Source of the DNA: Octopus vulgaris
Taxonomy: Eukaryota
Direction: 5' to 3'
DNA: 64,000 bases
Assembly (NCBI GenBank): GCA_951406725.2
Contig: OX597818.1
Coordinates: 97,650,001 to 97,714,000 of the forward strand
Shown here one piece after another: positions 45,204-59,810 of this stretch; the stretch's first letter is position 1, and every line of letters starts with the position of its first letter. Below the pieces are notes generated by a model that searched no databases, was not told the origin of the DNA, and saw only the letters and a program-made list of their open reading frames with translations. Made by a program: the position numbers and the translations under genes.

Positions 45204-45616
45204 TTCTTTATTGCCCACAATGGGCTAAACACAGAGGGGACAAACAAGGTTCAGACAAAGGGATTCAGTCGATTACATCGACCCCAGTGCGTAATTGGTA
45301 CTTTATTTATCGACCCCGAAAGGATGAAAGAAAAAGTCGATCTCGGCGGAATTTTAACTCAGAACGTAACGGCAGACGAAATACCTATTTCTTTACTACC
45401 CACAAGGAGCCAAACACAAGGGACAAACAAGGACAGACAAACGGAATAAGTCGATTACATCGACCCCAGTGCGTAAGTGGTACTTATTTAATCGACCCCG
45501 AAAGGATGAAAGGCAAAGTCGACCTCGGCGGAATTTGAACTCAGAACGTAACGGCACACGAAATACCGCTAAGCACTTCGCCCGGCGTGCTAACGTTTCT
45601 GCCAGCTCGCCGCCTT
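45204..45616 (-). mobile_element. SINE family D with tandemly duplicated 3' two-thirds
   Basis: Units 45204-45385 and 45386-45616. Confidence 0.85.
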
Positions 45617-46268
45617 AAAGAGTTTGACTTCTTGTTGCAGAAACACGTACACATATACAATAGCGCGCGTGCAGATGCAAAGACACACACAACTACACAG
45701 AGAGCTCTGTACGTGGCATTTTGGACAAGAGTCTTTTACTATTGCGCCGAGCAAACCAAAGCCATGTGAATGAATTTGGTAGACATAAACTAAAAGAAGC
45801 CCGGTTCGAATCAGGCACGTGTGCATCGCTGTGGCACATCATCGAATAGTTTTCAAATTCAATGATATGTGTATGTATGTATGTATGTATGTATGTATGT
45901 ATGTATGTATGTATGTATGTATGTGTTTGTGTGTGTATAAATATATATAAATATATGTGTGCATACATACATACATACATTCGTGCCTGTCTGAAAAGTA
46001 CCAGATTCTCAATATCAATTAATATATTAATTAATATATCTTAATATCAATTAATCGATGGTCAGAGAATTTGTCTAGTTGTTGCCATTAGAACAATTCA
46101 CTATGCCCTAATCGGAGATATTTTCTTCTTGTCTTTGTAACAATTTTTCTTACATGCATTGAAATCAACTACGGTTGTAAGCCAGCAAAATCCATTTTGC
46201 TGTCTCACAAAGTGTCACTACGGCTTCCTATCTGTCTGTTTATCTTCCTTTTTCTTTGCTTGTTTGTC

Positions 46269-46351
<83 letters not shown>

Positions 46352-46376
46352 GTCTTTCTGTCTTTCTGTCTTTCAT

Positions 46377-46412
<36 letters not shown>

Positions 46413-48870
46413 TCGCGCTAGCTGACGAGGAGCAAGCACCCCGAATTATATATTTTGTTATTCACGACAGCTAAACATATCAAACTCCGCTATGAACTCT
46501 GTTACGGAAAAAGTATTTCCAATGCAGACCAAGACCAGTTTCCTTGGATGCTGGATACCGATGGCAGCATCAGTTACCTCTAACGTTGGTTGGTTTGATG
46601 TTCTGATTTCATCTTACAAGAAAAACTCACCACGATGGACCAGTATCCTGTCCAAGATGTATTAATTTCTCATCCCCATAACTTTACAGGTACTGACTAT
46701 AAGCATTCGTCCCATTGTTCCCTGTGAATAAAGAGCTTTACGAGTGTGGGAGTCATACAGCAGTCGTAAATTTTCGTCTATTCCCGTCATAATCCATATA
46801 CCTTAGCTGAATCATTAATACTCTTAGGAAACCATAAATGTCACGACTTATTGTTTGCTAATCCCATAAAATGAAGATTTTTAACCATTACAAAATACTG
46901 ACATTGTTTCCAAGCCAAGGATCGAACCTCTATCCGGTCGCAGAACGTCTTAGACATAGCAGCCAAATTTTCCTTAAATTCGTACTCTACCGTCTTCAGA
47001 AAAGTTATCTTGGATAATGAAATCTAGGAAAGAAGACGGAATGCTCAGGACTGGAATGCCTTTGGGTATAGGCATGCTTGTTCAGAGACGATCTGGGGGA
47101 TAAAGCAACAACAACAACAACAACAACAACTACTACTACTACTAAACATATCAGTGATTCGAACTGACGAAGGAATCGCTATGTAGTCACTTCTGCAAGA
47201 AATAGTAACCCACATACCCTCAAATCAGACCATACTCTCTTAAAAAGAGGACGTACAATATAAATAGACTGGATGGTCATAACTGGAACATATATGATCA
47301 TGGATCCACTCGATAACGGCTGTCTTCGGACTGAACAACAACATTAATTGTAAGCTTCACTGAATGTCGCATCTCGCTACCGTTCTCTGATAATATTGTG
47401 GATTATATTTGTATCAAATGACAATGACAGATTGTAAGTTACTATTTTAAAAGAAAATTTCGTGTCTGGAATGTCTTACAGTTGACAAGAAAATTTATTA
47501 TCCGCAGAAACATTTTCATTTGGAAGATTTCCAGAGAAATTTGAACAAAGTTAACGTTCTTCGCTTCAACCATAGATTCCAGGATTCCTTGTCTTCCTCC
47601 CCCATCTTCTGTTACTTCTGACGATCTGTTATCCTGCATTGCTGGTAAATCTCAATAGAAATTTCCTAATTAGACATCTCACCGGGAATTGTTAATGGTT
47701 TATAGTTTATAATTGCAATTTCCGTAGTGAGAGCCACACTGGAGAGGATAAGCTCACACTGAACTGGAAACGAAATCCTGTATTGGTTCGTGGTTGTAGA
47801 AGTTTTCCCTTTATTAACCCCAGTAATACCAACGTATGTGTGTGTGTATACTTACATACTCACACACACACACATACATGATATATATGTACGTCTGTCT
47901 GTATGTATCTATGTACGCACACGTACGCACATTTATGTATATGTGGGTAAGTGTGTGTTGTATGTTTGTGTTCGTGTTTGTTCCCTACCACCACCACCAC
48001 CACCACCACCACCACCACCGTCACCACCACCACTGGTGTTGGTTTGTTTACGTCTCCGTAACTTCGTCCCTCAGTAAAAGAGATCGATAATTACCGGGCT
48101 TAAAAGAACTTAGCATTGGGATTGATTTCATGGACTAAAGCATTCAAGGGTGGTGCCCTAGCCTGGCCACAGTCCAATGAAAGAAATAAGTAAAAAGTAA
48201 AAGATAAATAAAAACAAAAAGACTAGGTTACAGCCATTATTGAAACAAAATTGGAGAGCAAATTAAAAACTTTATTTTTCAGAGAAATTACACATCGAAA
48301 ACAAATCATAACTCCGTTTATAATTTTTCTTTTAAATTAAGAAAATAACGGCAAAATAATTCATACGTTGGTAATGTTTCTTCCTGGTTTATTTTATTTT
48401 TAGTAAAAAGAAAAAAACGTATTGGCATAAAATGAAGTATATCTTGTCAAAAAGAATTTCTGCGATTCTCATTAAACGGGTGACGGCGTTCAGATCATCT
48501 AGAAGGCTTCTCTGTATAAGCTACACATACATACATGCATACATACATGCATACATACATACATACATACATACATACATACATACATACATACATACAC
48601 ACATACATACATACATACATACATAAATACATGCATACATAAATACATACATACGTAAATACAGACATACATAAGCCATCACTGGAACTGTAAAAATCTG
48701 TGAAACATTCCTGAAGTTTATCATTTGAGTATATATGAGCATGTCTAGATTGGCAAGTATATGCACGAGAAGACATGCATAAGACAAACATTACTAGTCT
48801 GCGCGTATACACAAACACATACATACATGCATACATACATACATACATACATACATACATACATACATAC

Positions 48871-48901
<31 letters not shown>

Positions 48902-49049
48902 CATACATACATACATACATACATACATACATACATACATACTTAAGTGCCCTGTTATTGATGTTGATATTCCCATGATGGAGCCTTGGATCTAGGTTAG
49001 AAGTCAGCTCTTTCTCTATCGGCAAAAAATTTTGAAATAAAACTGACAT

Positions 49050-49220
49050 AGGCGCAGGAGTAGCTGTATAGTAAGTAGCTTGCTTACCAGCCACATGGTT
49101 CCGGGTTCAGTCCCACTGCGTGGCATTTGGGCAAGTGTCTTCTACTGTAGCCTAGGGCCGACCAAAGCCTTGTGAGTGGATTTGGTAGACGGAAACTGAA
49201 AGAAGCCCATCGTATATATG

Positions 49221-49291
<71 letters not shown>

Positions 49292-49355
49292 CTGTGTTTG
49301 TCCCCGCAACATCGCTTGACAACCGATGCTGGTGTGTTTACGTCCCCGTAACTTC
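49050..49355 (+). mobile_element. SINE family A, 3' truncated
   Basis: Matches family A head, core and microsatellite. Confidence 0.85.
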
Positions 49356-49378
49356 GTCCCCGAAACAAACAAAAGGTA

Positions 49379-49410
<32 letters not shown>

Positions 49411-49900
49411 TAAACACACATACATACACACACGCACATATATATATATATATTTGTGTGTGTGTCTGTATATATATATATATATATATGTCACTAGTGT
49501 AAACCACAGTGGTCAGTATAATAAATAAATAAATAAATAAATAAATAAATATATGAAAATAACAGTGACACAGATCTGCCAAATTCCTAACTGGTTTAAG
49601 TTATTTATACCGATTTTGGTAATTCGAGATCTGGAACCAACGGAAAAGGATGAAGAAACATCAAAAAATCGGAACAAATGTCTTTCTCATTACAGAGGTC
49701 ATTCAATTTTCCATTTACGACAGTCTTTTATCTCATTGTTTATTCAATGTCATTGATACGCCACAGAAAGCAGATTTGTCTATGTGGCAGATCGAAACCT
49801 AAGCTGAATAGTAACGATCGGATTATCCGCGTATAGTTGACGGCGTAAAACACTTTTTTTTTGTGTGTTTTGGAGTGAGGATTTGGCTAGCTATCATGTG

Positions 49901-49949
<49 letters not shown>

Positions 49950-50189
49950 CACATGCATGTGTGTGTATATGTGTGTATGTATATGTGTGCGCATGTGTGT
50001 GTATGTGTGTGTATCTTTGTGTGTATATATATATATATATGTATATGTATACATGCATATATATGTATATGTATATATATATGCATATATATATATATAT
50101 ATGTATATGTATATGTATATATATATATACATACATGTATATATATATATATACATATATACATATATATATGTATATGTATATATATG

Positions 50190-50225
<36 letters not shown>

Positions 50226-50283
50226 TATACATACATACACATATATACATATATACATATATATATATATTACACACACATAC

Positions 50284-50340
<57 letters not shown>

Positions 50341-50349
50341 GAGTATTTG

Positions 50350-50709
50350 TTAGAAACGGTGGATTAACAGAATGTCGGAAGAAATGCTTTATATTTGTTT
50401 CATCCTTTTACGTCGAAGGTGACTTCCATCCTTTTGGGTCGATAAAAATAATTATCAGTCAAGTATATGGCTCAATTTAAATCAATATAAGCCCTTCCCT
50501 TAAAACAGCTGGCCTTGTGCATTAATTAGAAACCTTTAGTCCTTTTGCTTTTTGTTAGGGTTTTCCGAGTTGAAATTCCGTCGATGTAGACTTTGCCGTT
50601 CGTCCTTTCGAGGTCGATGAATAAGTACCAGTTCCGCACTGAGATTGATGTAGTCGGCTATCCCACTCCCGTAAAATTTCAGGCCTTGTGCCTATAGTAG
50701 AAAAGATGA

Positions 50710-50795
<86 letters not shown>

Positions 50796-51169
50796 GTTAT
50801 TATTATTTTTATTAAGGCGGCGAGCTGGCAGAAACGTTAGCAATGCTTAGGAGTATTTCGTCTGCCGCTACGTTCTGAGTTCAAATTCTGCCGAGGTCGA
50901 CTTTGCCTTTCATCCTTTGGGGTCGATTAAATAAGTACCAGTTACGCACTGGGGTCGATATAATCGATTTAATCCGTTTGTCTGTCTTTGTTTTTCCTCT
51001 CTGTGTTTAGCCCCTTGTGGGTAGTAAAGAAATAGATATTTCGTCTGTCTTTACATTCCGAGGTCAACTTTGCCTTTCATCCTTTCGGGGTCGATAAATT
51101 AAGTACCAGTTGCTACTGGGTTCGATCCAATTGAGCGATCCCCCTCCCCTTGCGCTTAGAGAAGAAAAG

Positions 51170-51170
<1 letters not shown>
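50350..51170 (+). mobile_element. Cluster of SINE family D copies around (ATT)n
   Basis: Old copies at 50350-50710, young copy 50814-51035 with partial repeat to 51170. Confidence 0.8.
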
Positions 51171-51223
<53 letters not shown>

Positions 51224-51564
51224 GAATCATGAAGTGCCCGGCTTGAATTATTTAGTTACATCCTTTATATGAGATGTCAAATCCTGTAAAAATCGATTTT
51301 GCCTTTTAATCTTCCGGGGTTGAAAAATTATGCCATATACTGAAAAATTTCTTTCTTAATCAGATAAGGGCGATGAAACCGTGCTTCAAGTATCTGCGCA
51401 CTTTGCGATCACAAAAGCCCATATACGGATGCATCTGTCACGAATGGTCCAGTAGACTTCTAAACTGGCTGGTCATAGCATAAAAGCAGGGTTGTTGCGT
51501 TGTGGGAGAGAGATTGAGTAAGCTGTGAGCAGACCATTTCTTCCTCTTCCTTACATTTCAACAC

Positions 51565-52456
51565 TTTATTTAAATGCAGCGGATTGTGGCCATTTGGCGG
51601 AGTTGACTGCAAGCCAATTTTCCAAGTTGTTCTAACCCTACCCTATGTGGATATCCCACAAGTTTCTTTATTTCTCTTACTTTTGCATGTGTGATGGAGA
51701 GAGCGACTTACTTATATATTTGAATATGCTGTGATGATCGCCACGGTTTTGGGAAATGTAGCTCTTGTTCAGTTTGCAGTAGTAACTAGTTCATTTACTC
51801 TCCTTCCATGTCAACTTTATACAACTTGAAATCAGTGGGGCCTATCAGTCGTTGACGGATAGCACTTGCAAAGGTGAAGAAGTTCACCCTGTTTAATGTA
51901 ATACTGTGGGTGAGTATGTATGTATTCATTAGTTGCAGTAGTATTTTGTAATGTTTATGCCGTCTCTGTTTTAGAGCCGTGCAGAAAGTAATGACTTTTT
52001 TTTTAATCATCCAGTCGCATCATGAATGTCCAAGAGTGTAAAGTACTGAATAATATCATAGATAGATAATGTTATCGATCAATGGATCAAAGTGACTTCA
52101 GTATCGACCACACCGGCTTTGGTTGTTAATACTGTGATTGGCAATTAAGACGGAACAAATCAGTAATTTCAGTTTCCTATACAAAATGGCGAGAATAATA
52201 ACTTTTAAAAAAATGTGTTTAAAATTGATAACATAAAAAAAATCTTTTGCTAATTTTTGTTCCATAAAAACATGAGTGACAGAGAGCATCTGGAAAGAAA
52301 CCTTTGCGATGTTGCATCCAGGTTGTTTAAAAAACATTCCTGTTTATTTTTGGTTTTAGAAGGGAAAAGTATTCCGTCAGGTTCTGTCAGAATTCAGTGG
52401 TACCACAACCACGAACCTTTTACAACGACCAAACTGTTGCATTGAACCCGTGTTCT
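51565..52456 (-). other. Probable NSCL 3' UTR with candidate AATAAA signals
   Basis: Repeat-free unique sequence downstream of the stop. Minus-strand AATAAA at 52343-52348, 51667-51672 and 51565-51570. Confidence 0.5.
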
Positions 52457-52924
52457 TCAACTCAGTTCTAAGACGTGATTCAAATACGATATATAACAAA
52501 TAGCTAACCGGAGTATTTCAATTTTGGAAAGTTTTTTATCCGGTGGCAGTGTGGGTAGCAACTTGCGGAGCTCGGCAAAAGCCACATTGAAAGCTTCCAC
52601 TCGTATCCGTTCCCGGGTAGCATGAGCCGTACGGTATTTTTGTGTTGCCCGTCTCTTGCGGCGGCGTTCTTCTCTCGACAAGATCATATTTTCTTGGTTT
52701 GCATTGCGGTTGCTAGCGCGGCTTGGTGCTTTGCTTGGCACCGTCGTTTTCATGAACGAATCGCAGTTCTCGTGGATCTGTTGCAGACCCATCATGTCTT
52801 GTTTGTCGTCTACAGTGATACTGTGTGGATGGTGGTAGTGTTGTCTCCTCCCGTCGTAGCTGTTACTCTTCTCAATAGACGGGAAAGGAAGCTTAGCCAT
52901 GATTGCAAGTGACACGCTGTGCAT
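52457..52924 (-). CDS. NHLH1: Neural bHLH transcription factor NSCL/HEN (NHLH1/NHLH2 ortholog, Drosophila HLH4C), 155 aa, uninterrupted CDS
   Basis: ATG at 52924-52922. C-terminus [71 protein letters not shown] is nearly identical to the basic-HLH domain of vertebrate NHLH1/2. The start could also be a downstream Met. Confidence 0.96.
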   Translation of the reverse strand: MHSVSLAIMAKLPFPSIEKSNSYDGRRQHYHHPHSITVDDKQDMMGLQQIHENCDSFMKTTVPSKAPSRASNRNANQENMILSREERRRKRRATQKYRTAHATRERIRVEAFNVAFAELRKLLPTLPPDKKLSKIEILRLAICYISYLNHVLELS

Positions 52925-53828
52925 ATTTAACTAATTTTTGTGTTGTATCACTCCTTTCATACACCCTCGCGTCCAATATCGTTTTTCTTTTTCTCCCCTT
53001 CTTACTATGTAGGAGAAAAGAAGCAGTCCAGTAGTTGTTTTTGTTCTTATAATTGTTCGTTATTTTTCTTGTAATATTTTTTCTTGTTCGTCGTTATAAT
53101 CGATAGCAATCAAATTATGTTGTTGCTGTTGCTGATGATGGAAAATACTACTGTTGTTGCTGTTGCTGATGGTGATGAAATCGAAGGTGTTATTCTTGTG
53201 TTTTAATAGATGTCCTTTTTTTTGCCTTCCACTTTTGCTTTTCGTGGTTCTTGTTATCTTCGTATCTCTACTATTACTGATGATCTTGTTATGATTAATG
53301 TTGTTGTTGTTGATATTGCTGTTATTGTCGTTGTCGATGCAATTTTTGAGATGTAAATACTTCACCAGTTCATCTTAAATTTCTGACTGTTCATCATAGA
53401 TTTAATACAATCGGCTATCTTATCTTAATCTGATCGCTTGATCGATCACTGCAGAGATTAAATCCGTAGAATGACAAGTCAGAGCGGGGTCTGTTATATT
53501 CGAGATACACAAACAATACAGAAGACCAAACACAGTCAAAAGACTAAATTTCCCAATATTCCAATGTTCCTTTTACCGTTTTCTCGATTATACAGAATTT
53601 GGCCTTCTTCAATGCTCTTTTCAATTTATCTTTTTTGTTATATATTTATTTTTAATATATACACTTTTTTTTTCCGATGAAATGTGCTTCACCTAATTAT
53701 TGACATCTGAGATGTTTATGTTCAGTATTGTAGTTTGGTGTTGGTTTGTAATAAAATCCAAATACTGTTCTTTTGCAATCTTCTTGAGTTAACGCCTTTC
53801 CATGGCTCTGGGGACGAATGCGATTAAG

Positions 53829-53860
53829 CTGGAAGAAATGAAAAAAATAAAAAGATAAAT
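53829..53860 (-). promoter_or_regulatory. Putative splice acceptor opening the NSCL coding exon (exon would begin at 53828, ~900 nt of 5' UTR before the ATG)
   Basis: Minus strand reads atttatctttttatttttttcatttcttccag|cttaatcg: long pyrimidine tract plus CAG, at the edge of the repeat-free block that contains the CDS. Confidence 0.55.
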
Positions 53861-54313
53861 GAATAAAAAGAAAGACGGCAATTATTTAAAAAAAATAATT
53901 TGACCAAAAATGAGCTGAGAGAAATAACTGAAAGTGTTTAGTTACATGTATTTGAACAACATAGACAAAATACAGATATTCCAAGTACTATACGACATAA
54001 ATTCTTTATTTATTAAAATTATCCCCGCCTATAGAGAATATATCGAAATTACCAAATGTCAATTGAGACCAGCTCCACTTGAGAAGGGGAGATAATCTCA
54101 AGATTCAAATTTTCTCCGGAGTTGACATGCCGTTAAGGAAAAAGATAGGCCTATTGCTGGAGATAAGAGGACAGTCGTGGAGATGTGTTTCTGGTTCAAC
54201 AACGGCCACCAGCACGACAACTATCCAACCTTATCTCCAGCAGCTAAAAGATTTAGGCTTATGAAAGACAAGGCTATAATAAATTTAGACGGCAGAATAT
54301 AGTATATTGAATA

Positions 54314-54831
54314 CCGTAAATCCTCGAGTATAATCCGCACTTTTTTCCCAAAATTTAAAGGTAAAAATGCCTAGTGCGTACTATATACGAGGTTAAAAAT
54401 GAAAAATATTTTCTTAGCAATTTCCGAGTCTCTATTTGCTGTCCGGCAATGTTTATTCTGACGCATTTTGTGATGTCGGGCGCGAAAATACTTTAAGCTA
54501 AGCCTGAAAGCAATGAAGTCACAAAAGAATCATCCATAACTTGCAGTAAGCAACATTCATTAAAATAAAAGTATTCACATGTAACAAAAAAAACCCCAAC
54601 AATTTGCAAACATATTTACATTCCCATATAACAGTTGAGAACATCACCATTATTGTATTATGGATGCGCAGAAGTGTTTGTTCAACTAGGTGCTGCTGGC
54701 TTAATTACGCACGACTCAAGTTAGAGAAGGGGTGCGTATTATACACAAGGTTTAGGTTTTTCAGAAGTACCGCCCCCTAAAAATCCCCTGCGTATTATAC
54801 TCAAGGGCGGACTATACTCGAAGATTTACGG
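54314..54831. mobile_element. Tc2/pogo-type MITE, second copy, in the presumed NSCL intron
   Basis: TA-CCGTAAATCCTCGAGTATAATCCGC...GCGGACTATACTCGAAGATTTACGG-TA, highly similar to 27909-28425. Confidence 0.9.
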
Positions 54832-55470
54832 TAGATTCACCGACACCTTGGTATAGATTTCATTCATTCACGAAGGATGTGAAAATAATGTTGACCTCGG
54901 TTAGACTCACACCGGAAAGAGAAACAACGAATCACTGTGATTCATTCAGGTCGGTATTTGACCGTTTCTGCTACAACACTCAACTGATAAAGGGAAACAG
55001 TCATTTTTAATATATGCACAAGGCTACACAGTTTACGGGAGGAACAGAGTCAAGCATCGCCCGTTGTTTATCCACTTGTGTTATGTTTACAGATTTGAAA
55101 GATAATTAGCAAAGTCGACTTTCACAGGATTTGAATGCAAAATGTCGAGAAGTACTGTAAAAGCATTTTGCCTCATGTTTTACTGCTTTAATAAGAGAGA
55201 AAAACATCTCTAAAATCAAGAGAAACGTTAACTGATTAAAATAGAAGAAATTCGGTACTAGTATAATCCGGCATCAATCGAGTTGCGTAAGCATATAAGC
55301 AAATCCAGAGATAATTTCTTTGAGCAAAAACATACCCCCAAAACCAAAGAGAATAAAACAATAGTACAAAGTCAATGTATTATGATACGAAGAAAAAACG
55401 TTTCGTATAGGTCCTACTTTGTCAAAGTAGATAGGGAAAGAATAAGAAAAATAATATATAAAACTATTTC

Positions 55471-55685
55471 AAGGCGGAGATCTGGCAGAAACGTTAGCAC
55501 GCCGGGCGAAATGCTTAGCGGTATTTCGTCTGTCTTTATGTTCTAAGTTCAAATTCCGCCGAAGTCGACTTTGCTTTTCATCCTTTCGGGGTCAATAAAT
55601 TAAGTACCAGTTGCGTACTGAGGTCGGCTTAATCGATTGGCCCTGCTCTCCAAAAATTTCGGACCTTGTGCCTAGAGTAGAAAAT
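55471..55685 (+). mobile_element. SINE family D
   Basis: Matches the 43739 copy over head and central domain. Confidence 0.82.
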
Positions 55686-56393
55686 AATATCCAGTGAAAT
55701 CTATTCGTGTTATGGAGGGAAATTTGGTCGCTATTGCTTTCACGTTCTGCGACCCCTTACACTGGCTCAAACACACACATAATTATCGTTATTTAATTAT
55801 AATTACTATAATCATTATTTAATTATAATCCTTCTCCCGCTGACACGAATACAATTATTAATCAATTATAATTCAAGTATTTGCCAATTTTTTTTGTCGA
55901 ATTAGCGGAATCATGACAACATCAGCCAAGGTAGGGGGTGGAATTTTGCCGGCTTTTAATGTTCTGAGTTCAGTTCCCTTCATAGTTAACTTTGCATTTC
56001 CATCTTTCGGGGTCATTAAAATACAGTACTGGGTTAGCGGAACCGTGAGCGCATCGGACATAATAATACTTGACGGAATGTGTTCTAGTTATTTACGTTT
56101 TAAGTTCAAATGCTACCCTGGACATATGCACTTTATTTTTCTGAAGAGGTGGCAGTCGATAAAATGATAGATTTAGGCGGGGTAATGGCGAAATCGTGAG
56201 AGCGTCGGACAAAATGCCGTGTAGTATTTGTTCCAGCTGTTCTGAGTTCAAATCCGCCAAGATCAAATTTCTAATTCATTCTTTCAGAATCGAGAAGATA
56301 AAGTACCAGTCACATCACATATTTAGGTGCGCTATTCTTTTCTTTCATGTATCACGCTGCCCATGTCACACACACTGTGTGCATGCGTGCGTA

Positions 56394-56394
<1 letters not shown>

Positions 56395-56474
<80 letters not shown>

Positions 56475-56652
56475 GTGAGCGCGCGCCTGTGTACAATCCT
56501 GCTACATGCGTATCTTATACACATAAATACACAGACACATAGACACAGACACAGACACACAAATGCAGACACATGCACATATATGTGTATGTATGTATGC
56601 ATATATGTTTATATATATATATATATGTGTGTGTATTTATTATGTATGTAAG

Positions 56653-56691
<39 letters not shown>

Positions 56692-57621
56692 ACATATATA
56701 CATACATACATACATACATACGTATGTACGTACATACATACATACATACATACATACATACATACATACATACATACATACATACATACATACATACATA
56801 CATACATACATACATACATACATACATACATACATACATACATACATACATACATGCATGCATACATACATACATGCATACATATGTCTTTACCTATCTC
56901 CGATGCCTATAAACGTATTTGTGTGTTTATGTATGAATGAATAAGTATTTGTCTGGGTGTACAATGTGTTTGGTCACTAAATTTATATGACCAGGAAATA
57001 TACGTTTAGAGTATACTTCCTCCGTCTATCAATTTTCTGTCCGCAGTGATTTTTTGTATGTATGTATGTATGTATGTATGTATGTATGTATGTATGTATG
57101 TATGTATGTATGTATGTATGTATGTATGTATGCACGTATGTATGTATGTATTTATACATGTACGTATATATCTATGTATGTATACATGTATACGTATGTA
57201 TGTATGCATGCACGTATGTATGTATTTATACATGTACGTATATATGTATGCATCTATGCACGTATGCATGTACTTATGTATGTATATACGTATGTATGTA
57301 TGTATGTATGTATGTATGTATGTATGTATGCATGTATGTATGTATGTATGTATGTATGCACGTATGTATGTATTTATACATGTACGTATATATGTATGCA
57401 CGTATGTATGTATATGTATGTATGTATATACGTATGTATGTATGCATGCACGTATGTATGTATGTATTTATGCATGTACGTATATATGTATGTATGCACG
57501 TATGCATGTATTTATGTATGTATGTATATACGTATGTATGTATGCATGTATATACGTATTTACGTATGCAAGCATGCATGTATGTATGTATGTATGTATG
57601 TATGTATGTATGTATGTATGT
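56395..57621. repeat. (TG)n, (TATC)n, (CATA)n and oppositely oriented (TATG)n arrays
   Basis: Directly visible. The 57056-57621 array has a higher-order ~60-bp variant pattern. Confidence 0.92.
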
Positions 57622-58204
57622 AGCGAAAGTGTTTATCTCCCCTTGTCTCTGTTTCTGTCTGTCAACTTTTCTCTCTTACTCTCTCCCCCACCTCTCTCTC
57701 TCTCACTCTTGCTGTCTTTTTCCTAACGTTTATCTAGAGTGTATGCGTCTGTGCGACTGCAGTGTTTAGATGTATGCGTGTCCCAACAACGAAGGCAAGA
57801 CCTCAGGTGCAGTGGAACTAAATTAAATTGGTATTCTACTCCTTCTTCGCCGCGGCGATGAAATGCGGGTAAATTGAAAGATGTTTATAAAGAAAAAAAA
57901 AAAATACTTCAGCGAACGGGTTAAATTAGCCGTTTCTTTGCCTCAGTAGTAGCTTAATAGCAATATACAGATAGTCTTTCAAGTTGGTATTTGTCAGGTA
58001 GTTGGTTTACAGGCGGTCCGAGTCGGGCGATTGGATTGTTCGTCGGTTGTTTGGTTGGTTGGAAACTGGTGAGTTTGTGGTGAATATAAGTTGTTATCAG
58101 ATACGTACATACTCAAACACATGCATACATATATGTATACATATATACATAAATGATTACGTGCACAGATATAAACATGCATGCATATCTATACCTATAT
58201 CTAC

Positions 58205-58285
<81 letters not shown>

Positions 58286-58306
58286 CGATCAAACAATCGA
58301 TATATG

Positions 58307-58706
<400 letters not shown>

Positions 58707-59589
58707 AATATATACTTTTCATCCTTTCGGGGTCGATAAAATAAATACCAGCTGAGGACTGGGGTAGATGTAATTGACTAGCCCCCTCTCCCAAAATTGC
58801 TGGCCTTGTGCCAAAATTCGAAACTAATAATGTCGTAGACTTGAAGACATGGTCGATACTTGATCCTGTAAAATTATTTTGTAAAAGGCATCTCTGAAAA
58901 AATCCTTAATATTTTACAATATTGAATGAATGAACTAATAGATTAGTTTGGTTTTGAATCAGTTGATTGCCATTATTTAAAGATCGTTTATCCAACCATT
59001 GAAATAGAAATGATCTCAGCCTAAGAACAAAGCGAAACAAATGAAATAGAATAAAGACCATAAATACTGCATATAGAATAAAAAAAATAAATAATAAATA
59101 AAAATAATATTTCAGAAAAAAATATCAGAGTTGCAACACCTGCTTCCTGCAATTATATAGAATTGTTGCAGAACAACAGTGGCAGCTATGGTAACGAGAA
59201 CAAGAACAAGAACAAGCACAATACAAATGGAAGAATCAAAGAGAAATTGAGCCAATGAATGAGTCACTATATACGGTCGCTCGACGTGCTAGAAATAAGA
59301 CCCACAGTCAGATGATTCCCTACTGCCTTAAAATGTTTCGAATTTGAGCATGAGGCACGAGCTAGCAGCTTCAAGAGGAGGAGATTAATCGATATCATCA
59401 TCCCCTGTACTTGGCTGGTACTTTGTTTTATCGATGACAGAAGGATGAAAGGCAAAGGTGACTTCGGAAGGATATGAACTCAGAACGTATAGAGTCGTAT
59501 AATTTCTAACGTCTTTGTCAGCTTGTTTCTAATATACAAACATATTAACTGGTCATACACGCGCGCGCGCATATATATATATATATATA

Positions 59590-59810
59590 TAAAATTAATC
59601 CAAACATGAAAACACAAAGAGAAAATACAACAACGCGAGGACGTGGAACAAGTATAGTGTTACTGGACGCTCAGGAAATGAAAGAAAGAAGGAGGATTTA
59701 ACGTTTCGAGAGGAGCTCTTCGTCAGAAACAAAGGAAAAGGAAAGATCCAGGGAAGGGAAGACGGAGGAAAAAAAATCGCCAACGATACACACGCGGTCA
59801 CATATTGAAC
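59590..59810 (-). mobile_element. Penelope-type terminal fragment flanked by (TA)n on both sides
   Basis: Related to 13610-13705, 22232 and 36622 copies. Contains a hammerhead motif. Confidence 0.62.
59696..59730 (-). ncRNA. Minimal type I hammerhead ribozyme motif, canonical core
   Basis: Minus: GTTT-CTGACGA-A-GAG-CTCCT-CTC-GAAA-CGTT-AAAT. CUGANGA and GAAA boxes, palindromic ACGT stem III, GUU triplet. Confidence 0.62.

Noticed and set aside
45204-45616. Repeat-spacer-like pattern suggesting a CRISPR array
   Set aside because: Tandem SINE units in a eukaryotic genome. No unique spacers and no cas genes.
46421-46450. CTGACGAGG..CCGAA hammerhead-like string
   Set aside because: Lacks the GAAA box, stem III and cleavage triplet.
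52622-52912. Antisense ORFs over NSCL
   Set aside because: Shadow frames of the real CDS, with no independent evidence.
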